Shown: positions 26,701-41,200 of the stretch, in pieces | Layout: each line of letters opens with the position of its first letter | Position numbering within the stretch: position 1 is the first letter of the stretch | Assembly (NCBI RefSeq): GCF_964204865.1 | Contig: NC_135252.1 | Span: 10,416,001-10,480,000 of the forward strand | Reading direction: 5' to 3' | Origin: Styela clava | Taxonomy: Eukaryota | Length of the DNA stretch: 64,000 bases | Translations under genes and position numbers: made by a program | The notes under the pieces: generated by a model | Database searches by the model: none | Told to the model about the DNA's origin: nothing | The model's input: only the letters and a program-made list of their open reading frames with translations

Positions 26701-28195
26701 CTATGTCTATTTCGAACGTTCGATATCGTTGATTTAAAACCAACAACCAATTTCCTGGGGAATCGCACGTTTAATAGTCGCTATTCAACTTAATTAAAAA
26801 ATATTTCATTTGAACTTTTAAATAAAGTTACCGCTTCCATCTTCATCTCTTATAAGATCATCAAAACTCTCAACTCCTGCTATCTTTCCAATAGTGTATA
26901 TTTTCTAGGAAAAAGCGCATCTGATTCTGTTTTATTAGAGGCAAATAAAAAATGACTCGGTGGCTATTGGCTCGATTGAGGCGACCCAATTTAATATGAA
27001 GTACAACATAGAGAAAACTAATTCTAAAACTTTTCTCTGTTCATTAGTATATATATATATATATACATGATTTACACCCTATATATTCTATTCATACCTG
27101 CAAAGAAGAAACAATCTCCGCCACATTTTTCACCTTTTCATAAGATGCAGGAACAGCGAATGCCATCGTTGGCTCAGAATGTTGAAATTGCCTTTTCATT
27201 TCATCTGTAATCAAAAATACCAAACATTTTGGCTAAGTAAAATATTTTTTCGTGTTATTTATTAATATCACAATATCAACTGATAGTAAACTAGGTGCAA
27301 TCTCTTTTTCTAGATCAGAATTAAGTTCGTAAGTCACCTCCAGCACTAATTTAATATGAACCTATAAAAAAACTTCCCAAGATGGATGGATATGTAACAC
27401 TACAAAAGTGCGTGTTGAAGGCGTGTGATATTGCTTGGTTTTTAATTTGTTGAAGTATTCAAATTAACGTTCATAGCGCTTTAGTCTATTGGTAAGAAAT
27501 AAAAATAATTTTACTTTGTGTATACAATGGGTTAGACGTAGTTATTGTTGCTCCACAAGCGGCAACAGCTAACATAACAATGATGTATTCTGGACTGTTT
27601 GAAGCACAAGTCGCTACAATATCACCCTTCTTCAATCCTCGCCTTGATAATGCACTTGCACATTTTATGGTGATATTTGCAACGTCGCCAAATGTTATTT
27701 CCCGCCCCGTTGGAGCATGTATCTGTAAACCACATTAATATATATTACCGTTTTGAAATGCAAATGTTATTAATAAGACCAAACCGTTATTATCAACAAT
27801 ATTTAATTTATGTAATGTTTTCTTATATTCCTAATTGCTGCATTATACCCATACATTAACTCCTAAGTTTATTTGAACACATGAATTTATTTATTAAATG
27901 TAGAAGCGGACTCATTTAATTTCCGTATTCTCCTCAAAATTTCTAAATTGATTTGTAAAAAAGTTGCACGGATCGACTATTTAATTTTAAAAGTCAAATA
28001 TTTAAAAAATATCAGATTATCACACATTAAACAATATTTGAAAATTGTGGTTCGTAGTGTGAGAGCCAAAATTGAATTATGTTTACTCACAATGGCTGTT
28101 CTGTCGCAGCGACGACGATACAACGATTTTAAAATATAATCCGTCAAAGAAACTTCAGGAATCACAATTTCTGGATATCTGCTTACAAGTGGCAT
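23787..28195 (-). CDS. Luciferase/4-coumarate:CoA-ligase-like acyl-CoA synthetase (ANL superfamily), paralog A, peroxisomal (C-terminal SKL), 523 aa
   Basis: 12 exons: 28195-28091, 27722-27515, 27204-27098, 26904-26832, 26385-26253, 26148-25986, 25917-25749, 25422-25325, 25112-25041, 24828-24673, 24460-24298, 23911-23787 (1572 nt, all GT-AG). Motifs: [11 protein letters not shown] (P-loop), [68 protein letters not shown]; ends EANKSKL*. Confidence 0.95.
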
Positions 28196-29143
28196 GATAC
28201 TATTTTTATACTACCTCAGTTACTTTGAGAAAAAATTTTAAACTGTTAGTGGTATGATTTCAAAATATACTGTATTGTGGCATTCGGCACCATATAGCTG
28301 TCAACTTTATGATAAACTTTTTTAATTTACCTGATACTAATGTCAACAATGAATAAATTCTTATTTTGTATTTTGTTTGTAAAAAATCCAGCTACATTAT
28401 TTTTTCAGAAACAATGCAATAGCAGTTGACAAGCTGCAAAATTCATGCTGCGCGGAGATTCTTAAGGATGAATTGCAACAGTTGGCGGAAACACACACAG
28501 TCGTCAACTGGCTTGATCGAAGCTCAGTTAGATAGACCTCACTTAAATAACCGATTGAGCAACTATTAAGTGCAAATTAATAAATTTTCTACATCTTGAA
28601 AATCGATCATCATTAAACACGAAGTGTACATCACATCTTTTTGTTAAATTCGTGTTGTTGTCGGATTTTATCTTGTTGTCATTGCTCTCTCTTTTTAATC
28701 CTAACAGTTGTAATAAGTAGCTAACCTCTCAGCCTTATTGAACTCGATATTTCACGAAAATTGTTGTATTTGGTTCAATAAGAACAAAACATATTCTGTT
28801 CCATACTGCATAACAGCACTGTATTGCTTGAGCGCAGATCTCTTCAACAACGTTGGGGACGCTCAGACCTTACCTTACCGGTACCGTATCAGTCGTACCA
28901 GCGACTTCTTTATTGTGTGATCATCGTTATTTCACTTAGCAGCTGGATTTGAAAAGGAGGTTTACAATATAAGCCTAAATAAAATTGCAACGTCCATATT
29001 TAATTTGTTCTATTGCAATAAAGCTGGCTCGACACTATGACATGACTGCTAGCAAGGCTGTAAGTCTAAACTGAACAAAGTTTTAATGTTTACTGTCAAC
29101 CAGACCGCTTTTAGGGTTGATGCCGTTTGTCGGCATATGTAAG

Positions 29144-29159
29144 ATTAATCATTGACTTA
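29144..29159. promoter_or_regulatory. Conserved upstream element (HNF1-like site) of paralog A
   Basis: ATTAATCATTGACTTA is identical to 37028-37043 upstream of paralog B; the reverse strand GTCAATGATTAAT resembles the HNF1 consensus GTTAATNATTAAC. Confidence 0.4.
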
Positions 29160-30301
29160 ACTTCGGCAGAAATGAATGACTCTTTGTGTGGTATGCAGAT
29201 GCACGGTGCAGTTTCACAATCCCGTTCGAACATTTTCTGAAATTTGCCGTGACAGTGTATTTCCTAAGGCACATGTGCAAAATTAGCAAACACTGGTGCA
29301 CTTAATTCTGGATTTGGCCAGTTGTATTTCTCGCTGTCATTAGGTAAGTTGCGGGCTGCTTAGTGTTTCCATCCCGCCTAAAGTTATAATTAATCTGACC
29401 ACCGGCCTATCCACCACTCATCACATTTTGATCAATTCATTACCAGAACCTTAAAATGCAGTTGGGTGATAAATGGACATTCACTCTAATTCTTATCATT
29501 TACATATATTTAGGTTTGCCATATATATGAAACAAAAACCTGAACTTTCTATTCGGCATTTTGATAATTTGATGAAAGTACAGCTAACGCTAGATGTTAA
29601 ATTGACGCATCAATTGTATAATAATTATGGCATTACTTCTCTTTCACTACTTTAGTGACGTAATTCGCAAATCAGTGGTTAATAGACTGCTTCAGTTAAG
29701 AAAAAACTTGTATTAATTCTGGATAAAAAAATACATATGACTGACATGCAGCATGATCGGGACATCTACGTCCACCGGGTGGGGCGACGGGACAGCTTAT
29801 CAAAATCGAGACAGTCCCAGCCAAACCGGGGCGTATGATAAGCCTATATATATATTGTATGAATACAGAAAGTCAAGTGAGCAATCGTAGGTTGTAATCG
29901 TAATGAAAATTAAAAAAAAAGATTGGAAACACTGATGTAGTAAAACTTTGCACTTGCCTTCTGAATACAACTACAGCCAATAAATATCTATTATAAAATC
30001 ATAAACTTCACCTTCAAGAACAGCTACTTGAGTCTGAGTCAAATTGATATGCTTGAAAGACTTATATATTGCGTTGTAAGATGATACAATATAATGAATC
30101 GGTATAATATAAGAAATAGATTTTAACAGGAATTCTTGTTCACGCTTGATTCGTAATAGGCCTAACTTTTAAAGCCATGTAAGTTTCTGCCGATTATTAC
30201 AAGGATCGTTAACGGAAATAACATCGAAATTGGAAAAATATAAATTATTCATTCTCAAATTAATACTATATATTAATATGCATAGTAGAGTAAGACCTAA
30301 A

Positions 30302-33300
30302 TCATAATTTAGATTTTTTTGCTTCTTCTCGCAAAACGCGACGTAGAATCTTCCCTGTTGCACTTTTCGCAATGTAATCACGAAATTCTATTCCGCCATA
30401 CAGATGTTTATATTTTGAAAGTTGGCCTTTGGAATAAAACAAAATGATTATTCATATGAAGATATGTGAAAAGCATGTATTTTAGTTTAGCAATTTTGTG
30501 AATAAAGCATTACAAGCTCCAATTAGACATTAGTATTGGTCGCTACTGTTTCGATATTGGCTGGCAACAGCGAAGATAATGTTATCCTATAAGCTTTGTT
30601 ACATTGGATCTTACACAATTCATCTTTTCTTTTTGCATGTTTTTACTTTTGTTTATTTCTAACGACCCAAATAAAGTTACACTTATAACTTTGTTCGTCC
30701 AAAACTGTATAGTGTGGAAATATAGACGTACATTGTATTATTGAATATATTGTAGTAAATATTATTCTATCTCTTCACCTGCGATAAACTTGTGGATCTC
30801 GTCCTTTGTTAAACTCGGATCTTTTGGAACAACATATGCTTTTGCAAGTTCTCCTGCTTGGAAATCTGGAATTCCAACAACTGCTGCATCAGCAATTTTA
30901 GGATGAGCAACTAGAACTTCCTCTAATTCAGCTGGGGCCACCTTTTAATGTATAGATAAAACGTGTAAAATAAAAATAAAAATACACACAATCCAATCTA
31001 ATATCACTACACGTAAGTTGCGCCTATTTACTATCAAAGTGAACAAATTACCTGGAATCCTTTATATTTTATCAACTCTTTCAGTCGATCAATAATAAAA
31101 ATCATTTCATTGTCGTCATAATATCCAATATCTCCAGTGTGAAGCCATCCGTCTGAATCGATTGTCCTTGTAGTTGCAGTTGGGTTTTTGAAATAACCTT
31201 TCATTATCTACAATATGTTGTAAGCGCATTAAAAATAATGTCGAAAGAAAAAAAAATGCTTAATTTGGATGTTTTTGAGCATGACTAGTAGAAAAGAAAT
31301 TATTTTTCATACCTGAGGACCTTTAACACACAATTCTCCGTTTTTATATGCTCCTAGTTCCGCACCAGTTTCAATATCAATCACCTGAGGATAGAAACAA
31401 AAAAGGTTCCAACGAAGCTAAAAAGTTGTGGTCCTTGCCTATAGAAATCCCACGAATTATATAGGTCAACTGTTATAAATTTGAATGCTGTGGTTCACGG
31501 ACGGGACTTGGTATTCTCAAATATTTGTGCATTGACTCTGATATTATTGTATTAAAAAAATTCAACACACAAATAATCGAAACGAAAAATAAAATACTGG
31601 GGAAACGTATAATTTGCAAGAAAAAATATCTCTCCTGCTACATCGTAGTAGATTAATTATAAATCGGTGTATTAAGTCACATCAACTTATTTATGCAACA
31701 ACGAGAAAGCTTCTTTACTATGAATCTCCTTAATCCTTTCTAATACACTATTGACCTCCTACAGTTTGACTGTTATAGCGATAAGTAATCATGAGTGATG
31801 AAATATCCACTTGTCTTATAGCTTAACATCCATCTTATTATTGGTGTTATGAAACACGTGCTTTTTATCAGAACGTGCAAACTGAAACGTTGCTGCTTTT
31901 CGACGGCGGTATTCCGATACGAATAGTAATATTTTTTTTGTTCTTTCATACTATTGATTATGCTTACGCTTCTTGATTATCACTTTCGTTTCTTTTGGCT
32001 CTTGGTAATTCTATATTTACTAAAGTATGTTGAAGAAATTTACCTTAATTTTTGTGTTTGCACATACACTGCCAACAGAGTTATATGGGGTTATTTGCAA
32101 ATTCGCCATTGTAATAGGAACACACTCAGTCAATCCCCAGCCTGTCAAGTGTATATATAAGTTTAGTCAAATATCATCAAAGATTAAAATATAGGCCCAC
32201 TGAGACGCAAGTAATATATTTATATTATTTGTTCTTCCATTTGGTATAATATCCTAAGCAAGGGCGGTAAAATATCAGTTTAAATATTTAAATAAATTGT
32301 ATTGTTTGCATCAGCCGTAGTGTTAAAAAATATACATCATTGTGTTGGATATAGCACAGCATAAACAATAAGCGTTACCTTGTGAAACCGGGCAATTTAG
32401 CTTTGAAGCCAATATTGATGCGACTTCTCGGGGTAAAGGCGCAGCCCCGCTTGATATTGTTAACAGAGAAGAAAGATCGTATTTTTCTAACAAAGGAGAT
32501 TTTGCAATTGCAAGTAGCATTGGAGGAACGCTGGAGAATCGTGTCACCTGCAAAAATAATGAGTTTTATTCCTATCCTATAGATACTTTACTTCTATAGA
32601 TGAATATTTGACACATTGCAGAACAAACCGACGTTTAAGCAAACACCGCAGGTGATGAAAAAAGTTACTTTTCACTTATTTAAAAGCTATACCTTATGTT
32701 TAAATTGGTTGGTTGGTTGTTTGCATTGTTGTTGCAGGTCAAAATCGCCAGGGCTTTTGATTTTTTAAATTAAAAGGGAAATTTACCCAAGAACAATATG
32801 TTCCCATATGCACTCTGATCCCCAAGGCTCATCTTTTTACCCCAAATTCTGCATTTAGAAGCAATTTCACCCCACACAAATTTATCACTTGTGTCCATAT
32901 ACATCTGTGAGTTGTTTAATTATTATATCTGTTACTATAATTCTGGCTCACACAAATCAAATTTGTCTCAGTTTGAAAAATGAATTTGAAAATAAATATA
33001 CTTATATCCGTAAATATATCATTATATTATTTAATCCTCTGACCACAAAAAATTAGCATATTATGCCATCGAATTTGGACTAGGAGATTTTATTTTCTTA
33101 CACTAATGAATTACCTTGTATTTCTCAATACACTGGAACCAATTTTCTAGATTGAATCTGACATCGAGAACATGTTTTAATCCTTGATCCAAAGCAACGA
33201 AAGCTACCAACAATCCATAAATATGAAACAATGGGAGAACAGAATATATACTGTCGGAATTAAATCCTGGATTTATCCTAGAACATAAAAAGATTGTGAA

Positions 33301-36300
33301 TATTTTGACAACATGTTAAATGCATTTGTTTTTTATATTTGCTCGTTACTGGCTGAAATTTATTAACGGTAATCAATAGTATGGTAAATTAACACAACAC
33401 ATGAAATCATTACAACCGGATAAAAACGAAGTTAGTTATAAATATACAATGAGAATATGACAAAATTGAAGAAACGTTAGCAAAAAAAACCGTCTTGATA
33501 ACAAAGTTTTGAATTAATCCATCCATTCGATTTAATGATGTAAAAATTTGCCTTGTCGATAAGATTAAATAAAAATACGTGAGTCGTAACGTGCTAATTC
33601 GTAATATGGTTGTATGATTATATCCTTACTTGCACATTGTTATGCATGATATAAAGTTGTGATGAGTCAACATCACACCTTTTGGTAACCCAGTTGTTCC
33701 GCTTGAATATGGAAGAAACAAAATATCTTCACATGGATCTATTTGAACATTCCTTGGAAAAGCTGAAACGAAACAATTCAGAAAAGTAAATAAGAAAGCA
33801 AAGCTAAAATTGCAATAAAGAAGGATATAAATGCTTACTAAATTTTAATAGCTATTTATTCATACCAGTTCAAATTATCTTACATTTATGTCTCACTCAC
33901 GGAAAACTGCAGAAAATTGTACTTACTCTCCTGCATAATATGCCATATTTCAATGTAACTTCTAGACCAGGGGTTCCCAAGCTTTTTTTAGAACGACCCC
34001 AAAGACAACTTTCAAGTGTCCAGTGCGACCCCAGGTCAATATATATATTTTCAATAATGAAACTTCTGAAGCTTCCTTCACTGGACTTTTGAGTTTGGTC
34101 ATGTGGTGATATTAAGTAAAATAAGCTGAAACCAAACAGTGATGTCGCAATAAGCACCTACATTTTCTATAGCATCAGCATAGAGCAATGCCTATGAGCC
34201 TGTTTTACAGTACGCCATGGTACAAGCTGCTAAATTTAACATGATTTATCAAATCTTAGATGTTTTGTACATTCATCCTCCACCATACCTCAGCGACCCC
34301 ACCGACCCCATGACCTGTTTGCGACCCCACCTACTTATCACTCCGACCCAATTTGGGGTCGCGACCCCTGGTTTGGGAACCTCTGTTTTAGACCTTGTAA
34401 GATTTCGACGTATTGCAAACACTTAGTTAACATTAAAGAACACAAGCGAATTTGTGACTTACCACTTCCATTATCATTACTTATGAGATCATCAAAACTC
34501 TCAACTCCGGCAATCTTTCCAATGGTGTAAATTTTCTATACGAAAATACAGTTAATTTTTTTAAGTAAACCGCTTGAATGGAAGCATTTTTATTAAGCAC
34601 TTTTTTATGCACTTTAAAAACATTTGACAATGAGTGGAGATTTTAAAAATTAGATTTTATTCTTTTTGATATTTCATTTATTGTGATGTCAAGATCATCT
34701 TTTGGTGCTCGTGTAGTATGTGAACCAACATGACGGACACCAGAACGTAGTATGTGTATCAGGTTAGCGTTAGGCCATAATTTAAGGTACAAATACTACG
34801 GGAGTCACTGGGATAGTCCCCGAACTCGTAATAAAACCAAAATAGGGAAAATTAGGATAAAATTATGTCCTAACATGGTACACATACTACGTTCGTACGG
34901 TGTCCGCCATCTTGGTGCACATACAACGGGAGCGCTCGCCTTCGTTATTGATGTAATAATATAACCGAGAACCCGAAACGAGTGTGGATTATGTATCACT
35001 GTAGAGTGTAGAGCTTGGTTCTACTGGTCACCATAGTGGGTCAGGTGACTACGCCTAATGGTATGAATCTAGTCTATACCATAACTATGTTCAATTTCTG
35101 TATTGTAATTATTACCTCCAATGACGGTACAACCGCCGCGACATTTTTCACACTTTCATATGCCCCGGGAATAACAAATGCCATTTTTGGCTCAGAATGC
35201 TGAAACTGATGTTTTATTTCATCTGTAAGCAAAAATATTAAAAAAAAAAACATAACAACGAGTGAATTTAGCGGAAGCGCAATATCACTAATGTAGTCTT
35301 AGTTAACAGTGATGAAGGCGCCTACTGGTGCCATTTTTTTCTGAGTTCTAACATTATGAGTTGGTGCTAAGATGTTAGTTATTTGTAAAACTATTGTTAC
35401 TTCAGGTTCATCCTGATTTCATATACAAAATATTTGTCACGGAAAATTTATCAATCTTACGTTCTGTATACATTGGATTGCACGTAGTGATTGTTGCACC
35501 ACACGCAGCGGCAGCTAAAAGAACAATGACGTATTCCGGACTGTTGGAAGCGCATGTTGCTACAATATCACCCTTTTTCAATCCACGTCTAGCTAATGCA
35601 CTTGCACATTTTACAGTCGTATTTGCAATTTCTCCAAAGGTGATTTCACGGGCAGTGGGTGCATCAACCTGTCAAAATATATAAACAAAATTCTTGCACA
35701 TTTTCGATTAATATATTGATCATATCCTAATACTTAGTCAAGTAGATAAAATGATGGAAGCGGTGTTTGTATGTTTAACCAATGCGAAGTAAGGTCTAGA
35801 ATTTCTTCTGTAATCCCATATTTAGAACGTACATTAACCAATAAATAAGACATACGTTTCATACTAATTCCCGTTTTCTTAGTAATCTCCTTTATTTTTC
35901 TATAAATTTCACAATGAATCGTGAGTCGAGTGAAACTTTTTTGAACTTTCGGACTCTCCCTCGAATTGAGTCACCAAACATTTAAAAAAAGATTAGATCA
36001 CCATTTAAACAGAATATTGACATCAATTTTTTACTAGTTTTGGGCATATGTCTTAAACAACAAAATCGAATCGGGGCTGAGCGTCTCTGTTTGAGCCACA
36101 TTTTCTTTGCCCAACGCACTCTGGTATAAATGTGAACACAAATACACAGCATTTCTGTAACCTTATAATATACTGTAAGGTTGAATAAAAGTTATACATA
36201 TATATACTCACGATAGCTATTCTGTTGTAATGTTGATAAAGCGATTTGAAGATGTAATCCGTTAGAGAAACTTGAGGAATCACAACTTCAGGAAATCTGC

Positions 36301-36313
36301 TTATGAGCGGCAT
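30302..36313 (-). CDS. Luciferase/4-coumarate:CoA-ligase-like acyl-CoA synthetase, paralog B, peroxisomal (C-terminal SKL), 522 aa
   Basis: 12 exons: 36313-36212, 35668-35461, 35222-35116, 34535-34463, 33762-33630, 33277-33115, 32547-32379, 32141-32044, 31384-31313, 31207-31052, 30941-30779, 30426-30302. Exon sizes 2-12 are identical to A. Motifs: [65 protein letters not shown]; ends EAKKSKL*. Confidence 0.95.
33968..34385. mobile_element. hAT (Charlie/Buster-type) MITE in intron 4 of paralog B
   Basis: TIRs CAGGGGTTCCCAA / TTGGGAACCTCTG; 8-bp TSD ttctagac / ttttagac; subterminal gcgacccc repeats. Confidence 0.85.
34704..34936. mobile_element. Palindromic MITE with long TIRs (copy 1) in intron 3 of paralog B
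   Basis: ~80-bp imperfect inverted arms (gtagtatgtgaaccaacatgacggacacc.. / ..ggtgtccgccatcttggtgcacatac); a second copy in opposite orientation lies at 41506-41741. Confidence 0.8.
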
Positions 36314-37027
36314 TTTGGTATCAAGACTTCGTTTCTATCGCCTTGAAAATTGAATTAGGAAATTAGCTTGTTGTTTGAACTAATAACAGCTGTTTAAAGC
36401 ACTTGTGTGACACGAAAATGTTCCTTCCGTATGTAATTCTTAAATATTTTTGACTATGTCTGTTATTGACGCATGCTCGAAACTTGAATCTGACTTTGAG
36501 ATATTGTATGTGATCACGAGTAACGTAAAATACGTTACACAAGATGTAATATTCTTCCGATATAATTATGTAAATCTAACTACACTCTCTGCCTTTCAAA
36601 TCTGAATGCGCACTGCAATTTCGTGAACCAGGTATATATAAAGTGAATGTTGATAATGGATGACTTCATTACAATACATACATCACAGATAGAACGTCAA
36701 AATCCCGCTGCTATGAATGGATATCTAGAATAACCATGGCGATGTCTTGAGGTATAATATACGTATAAGTCCGCTCATGAATCCTGTTTAACTCTCAATT
36801 CTGACTCAAAACGTTATAGGTTAAGAGCCAATTGTCCCGCATTGCAAAATGACTGTGCGTGTCATATTAAACTATTGATTAGAACTTATCATGATGCACT
36901 TTACCTACCGACGCAGCTAAACTATAAGGTTCTGGAATGTAAATACAACCTGAAATAACCGCACAGTCGCTACACGGATGGCAGGAGTATGTTCGATAAA
37001 CCGTTAACGGCTTTCATAGGCAAATAA

Positions 37028-37043
37028 ATTAATCATTGACTTA
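37028..37043. promoter_or_regulatory. Conserved upstream element (HNF1-like site) in the divergent B/C intergenic region
   Basis: 16/16 identity to 29144-29159, in the same orientation relative to the paralog's ATG. Confidence 0.4.
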
Positions 37044-38278
37044 TTGGTATGTAAAATGACCAAAGGCCCATCATAAGCTGTATTGATCCCATATCAACTT
37101 CACACATATGCCATGGATGGCCGCCTAGGGCCCTAGAAGCAAGTCATCGCTGAAAGCTTCTTTTTGCACAAACCAATCTCATTAACCTGCATACAAGAAT
37201 ATTCAATCCAGTCAGCAAATGTTGGCTAATTATAGGTATTCGTAGATAAAGTAAATGCAAGTGCATGCCGTTAACGTATGTATCAGAGCACGAAATTATA
37301 ATTTTGAACTGAGTGGGTGTATGATTGTTTATGTATCTTTCAATGTTTCCGTATGACAAGCATGAAATACAATACGCATGAATGGAACGCAGTCGAAGAA
37401 TAAATACTAAATACGCAGTTTTTTCTTGCTGCCATGATCGCGTTTCCTTTCCATTGACGCATCCTGGTAACAGTCTATCTAAAACTACATAAGGTAATAA
37501 AAAGCTTTGGATAATAGAGTGAATGTATATATAATGTCTTCTGCCTTGAGAAGTATGAAAAATCAAAAGTAATAAGGTGTATATAAACTTAAAAGATAGT
37601 AGTTTACACACACAGACAAGAAAATGAATTTTTAGTCGCTTACAAAGATTTCAAAATTGTTAAAATATTGCATACGCAAGAATCAATAATATATTCCAAT
37701 AAAAGTACTTAGGCTCCAAAATAGGCTCCAAAAGTTCATTTTGATTTATTTCATTTTAATGAGCACATATTTCTGCAATGCAAATAGGTAAATCAGAGAC
37801 AAATTTTCGCCTGTTTTGCCATGTAAGTCGGGTCGAGATATATAGCAGCTATGAAGCTAAATACCATTCAAAAATTCCGGCAATGTACATATTTACAATG
37901 AGCTATCAAAGGTTTACCAACAGTTAATGCAGTTTGATACTGATGTCAGATGCAATTCAACAATTCGTTAATAATTTACCCGGCATACACTACTGAATAT
38001 GATCAGTAAAATGAGGAACATCTATATAGAACTGAGAGAACGAGACTTAATATTTGCTACGGCTAGCACCGACCAATGCTAGATTAGGTCCACTGTCAAC
38101 CTGCCATGTTTGTCTAGAGTTTATACGATCTGAGCTACCAGAAGCTTCATTTTGAATTACTAAACTATCTTAATAAAACTGAATATTAAAACTAGCAGTG
38201 TAGCTGGTTTTCTGAAATAATTATAAACAGGAATAGTCTGATTCTATGTGGAAAAGAAAGAAGAGTGTTGAAAGCACG

Positions 38279-41200
38279 ATGCCGATAGAAAGTCGATATT
38301 CCGAAGTCGTAATTCCCGATATTTCTTTTTCTGATTACATTTTCAAATCTTTGCGTCGCTATGGAAATAGAGTCGCAATTGTAAGTAATATTCAGAGATA
38401 TATTTGGATAAGTAGAACTTCAATGCACCTACGAATTCGAGCAAGATTTAAATTGATAGCGTCCAATTTCATTTGCCGTTTCTTGATTGCCGAGATTCGT
38501 CGAAATAGCGAGTTGAGAGTCAATTTTTCTTCACTTAGGTATAGTGCTGACTGCTGACATTGTTCACTTCTAACTATAAGCGGTTCTGAGGTGACAGTGG
38601 TGAATGCTAGCTACTCACACATTCGGATCTACTATAATTATTAACGTCAATTTTCTCTCTTATTCCCATAAAATGTATTAGGCCACCAGTGTGGTATTTC
38701 AAAATAAAGCGTAACAATACTTTTTTGTAGATCGAGGCGGGCACAGGACGAAAACTAACATTTAAAGACATTGAAATCGAAGTGTTGAAGTGTGCAAGTG
38801 CGTTGTATAAGCATGGAGTAAGGAAAGGTGATATGGTGGCAACTTCGGCCTGGAACAGTCCGGAATATATCATCGTAATTTTGGCAGCTGCGGCTTGTGG
38901 CGCCACAATTACCACTTGCAATCCATTTTACACTGAAGGTAAACATGAGTTGAATCCAAAAATAATAAAGTAAAGTTATAGAATTTTTCACGTAAATAGC
39001 TTCGGCTGGCCGGACAGTGGCCCGCGGGCCGTATGTTGCATCCCTCTGCTGTAAAAAAATGATAATAAAGATAAGAGTATTACATATATTCAAATTCGAT
39101 TTTTCCCCAAATCTAATTATCACTAAGTTGTATTTTCAAGTAAGATATAATCAAAATATTCATTTATCAATAAAATATATTTTAATGAAATTAAATCATA
39201 TTTTTAGATGAATTACGACATCAGTTGAGTGATTCTCAGCCTAAACTAGTCTTCACTGTAACAAGTTCGTACCAAAAAGTTAAAAACATTTCCTCGACGA
39301 TATCATCAATTCAGGTAGTGTTCGACCGAATGATGCCATGAAGGTCAGATCTTTCATGGCTAATATAGCGTTGACGAAGTGATTGCTTCCTGATTGTTTT
39401 GCATGTTCGTCGTCATTCAAGGTCAAACACGTTAGCAATTTCAATAACGCTTTTGGCAAGAAATTATGAAACTCAGTCTTCTTTTAAATTGTTGAGTTTT
39501 CCTGAGATATCATCCTTGTTTTGCTTTATCTATGACCATACAACTTACTTTACGAATCCTAAAAGGCTCTTTTCACAATGAAAATTACGTTTAATGAGAA
39601 TATTTTGAACTCTTCCTCTTGCAGAAAATATGCAACTTGGGCAAACTCGATGGGGCAGAAACTTATGAAGATCTTGTCAAGAATGAAGATGGAAAAGGTA
39701 AATTGCTACATTCCTTTGTAACACAATCACAATAATTCAGTTAGTGGTAATCTTCCTTACATCAATCTTATATTTATTCAAATTGTTATTTTTATTCCAA
39801 GCTGAAATATGCAAATGTGACAAATACATTAACATGATTTTTCCTAACTCCGAGTTGATGTTGAAATTTATTTATTTGAAGTCGTTTGAAAACCCAAAAA
39901 GTATATTTTATTGTAACATATCATAAAATAGTAATATCCTATTACAATTAGAGCGCTTTCCTTTTCTAAAGCTAAGATAATAATGAACTACAAACTGACT
40001 CCCATCATGTGAAACCGCAAGCAAAAGATCCAATTTTAAACTTCGACACATACTAAAATATGGATATTTGAAAAAAATTGTAAGGCTTCTTCCAAGTTTC
40101 TGAAACAAAATTACAAAATTATTTTCGAAAGATTCATTAAAATTAAATAATATTTTTTTTTTCAACAGATTTTCCAACTGACATCCAGATCGATCCGCGA
40201 GAAGATATATTGTTTTTGCCATACTCTAGTGGCACAACTGGGTTACCAAAAGGAGTTATGTTGACCCATCGAAATTTCGTTTCCAGCCTTGTCATCTTTA
40301 AGTAAGATATATTTCTTCTATATTTTAAAAACATTTTCACATTATCACAACATTATCCGCTCAACCATATTGCAACAATTCGGGAATAATCGAATCTACA
40401 TCTGTGATGATTTATCAGACCCATTTGTATGAAAATTGATATAAAAGTGAAAGGCTGCACAACTTCATACAAAAAGACAATGTCATACAAAAATTATTAA
40501 TTACTAAAAATAAATGAAGAATATTCATTCATCCACGGTATTCATTCGTTAATCATCTCTATAACAGGGTTAAAACAGGACTTAGTCTGGATTGCATCTA
40601 TACCGTTTTACCAATATTTCACATGACTGGATTGCTGATAACATTTAAAGCCTTAGATCAGGGCCAAAAGCATCTGCTGGACGTTCGATTTGATGTTGAA
40701 AAATTCTTGGCTAATATAGAAAAATACAAGGTAATCTAAAATATATGATGCCTTTATATTATATTTGTGCAGATAACTGTTGATCAGTCAGCATCATATG
40801 TTTTGATAAACAAATATTTGAGTGCCTGATAAAACCATATGTCTTCAACTGAATTTAATTATTTTCTTTTTTAAATTTTGAATGTGCATTTGAAAGGCTA
40901 ATCAAAATGGGTACGGTCTGGCTTCCTCTAATGAACACCAACACTTGTACCATTCGTATACCGACCCTGAATGTGTTTGAATGACTAGATCAGTGGTTCT
41001 CAATCTTTTTTCTTTTGTGGCCCATTTTTGTAGCCCAACAATTATTGTGGCCCATCAACCTTTTATTGTAAGGGGAAAATTACAAGAAAAATCAAGATCT
41101 TTCTGCAAAAATGAACACTCGAAACGTTTATAAATAAACTGGGAATTACCTCTCAGTAGCAGAAAACAGCGTCGTTGATTGCTGCTACAATCTATTGTGA

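Noticed and set aside
37144-37611. 155-aa minus-strand ORF in the B/C spacer, plus the many other 60-120 aa intronic ORFs
   Set aside because: Non-ATG starts, Ile/Leu/Phe/Tyr-biased composition typical of AT-rich non-coding DNA, no motifs or splice support.
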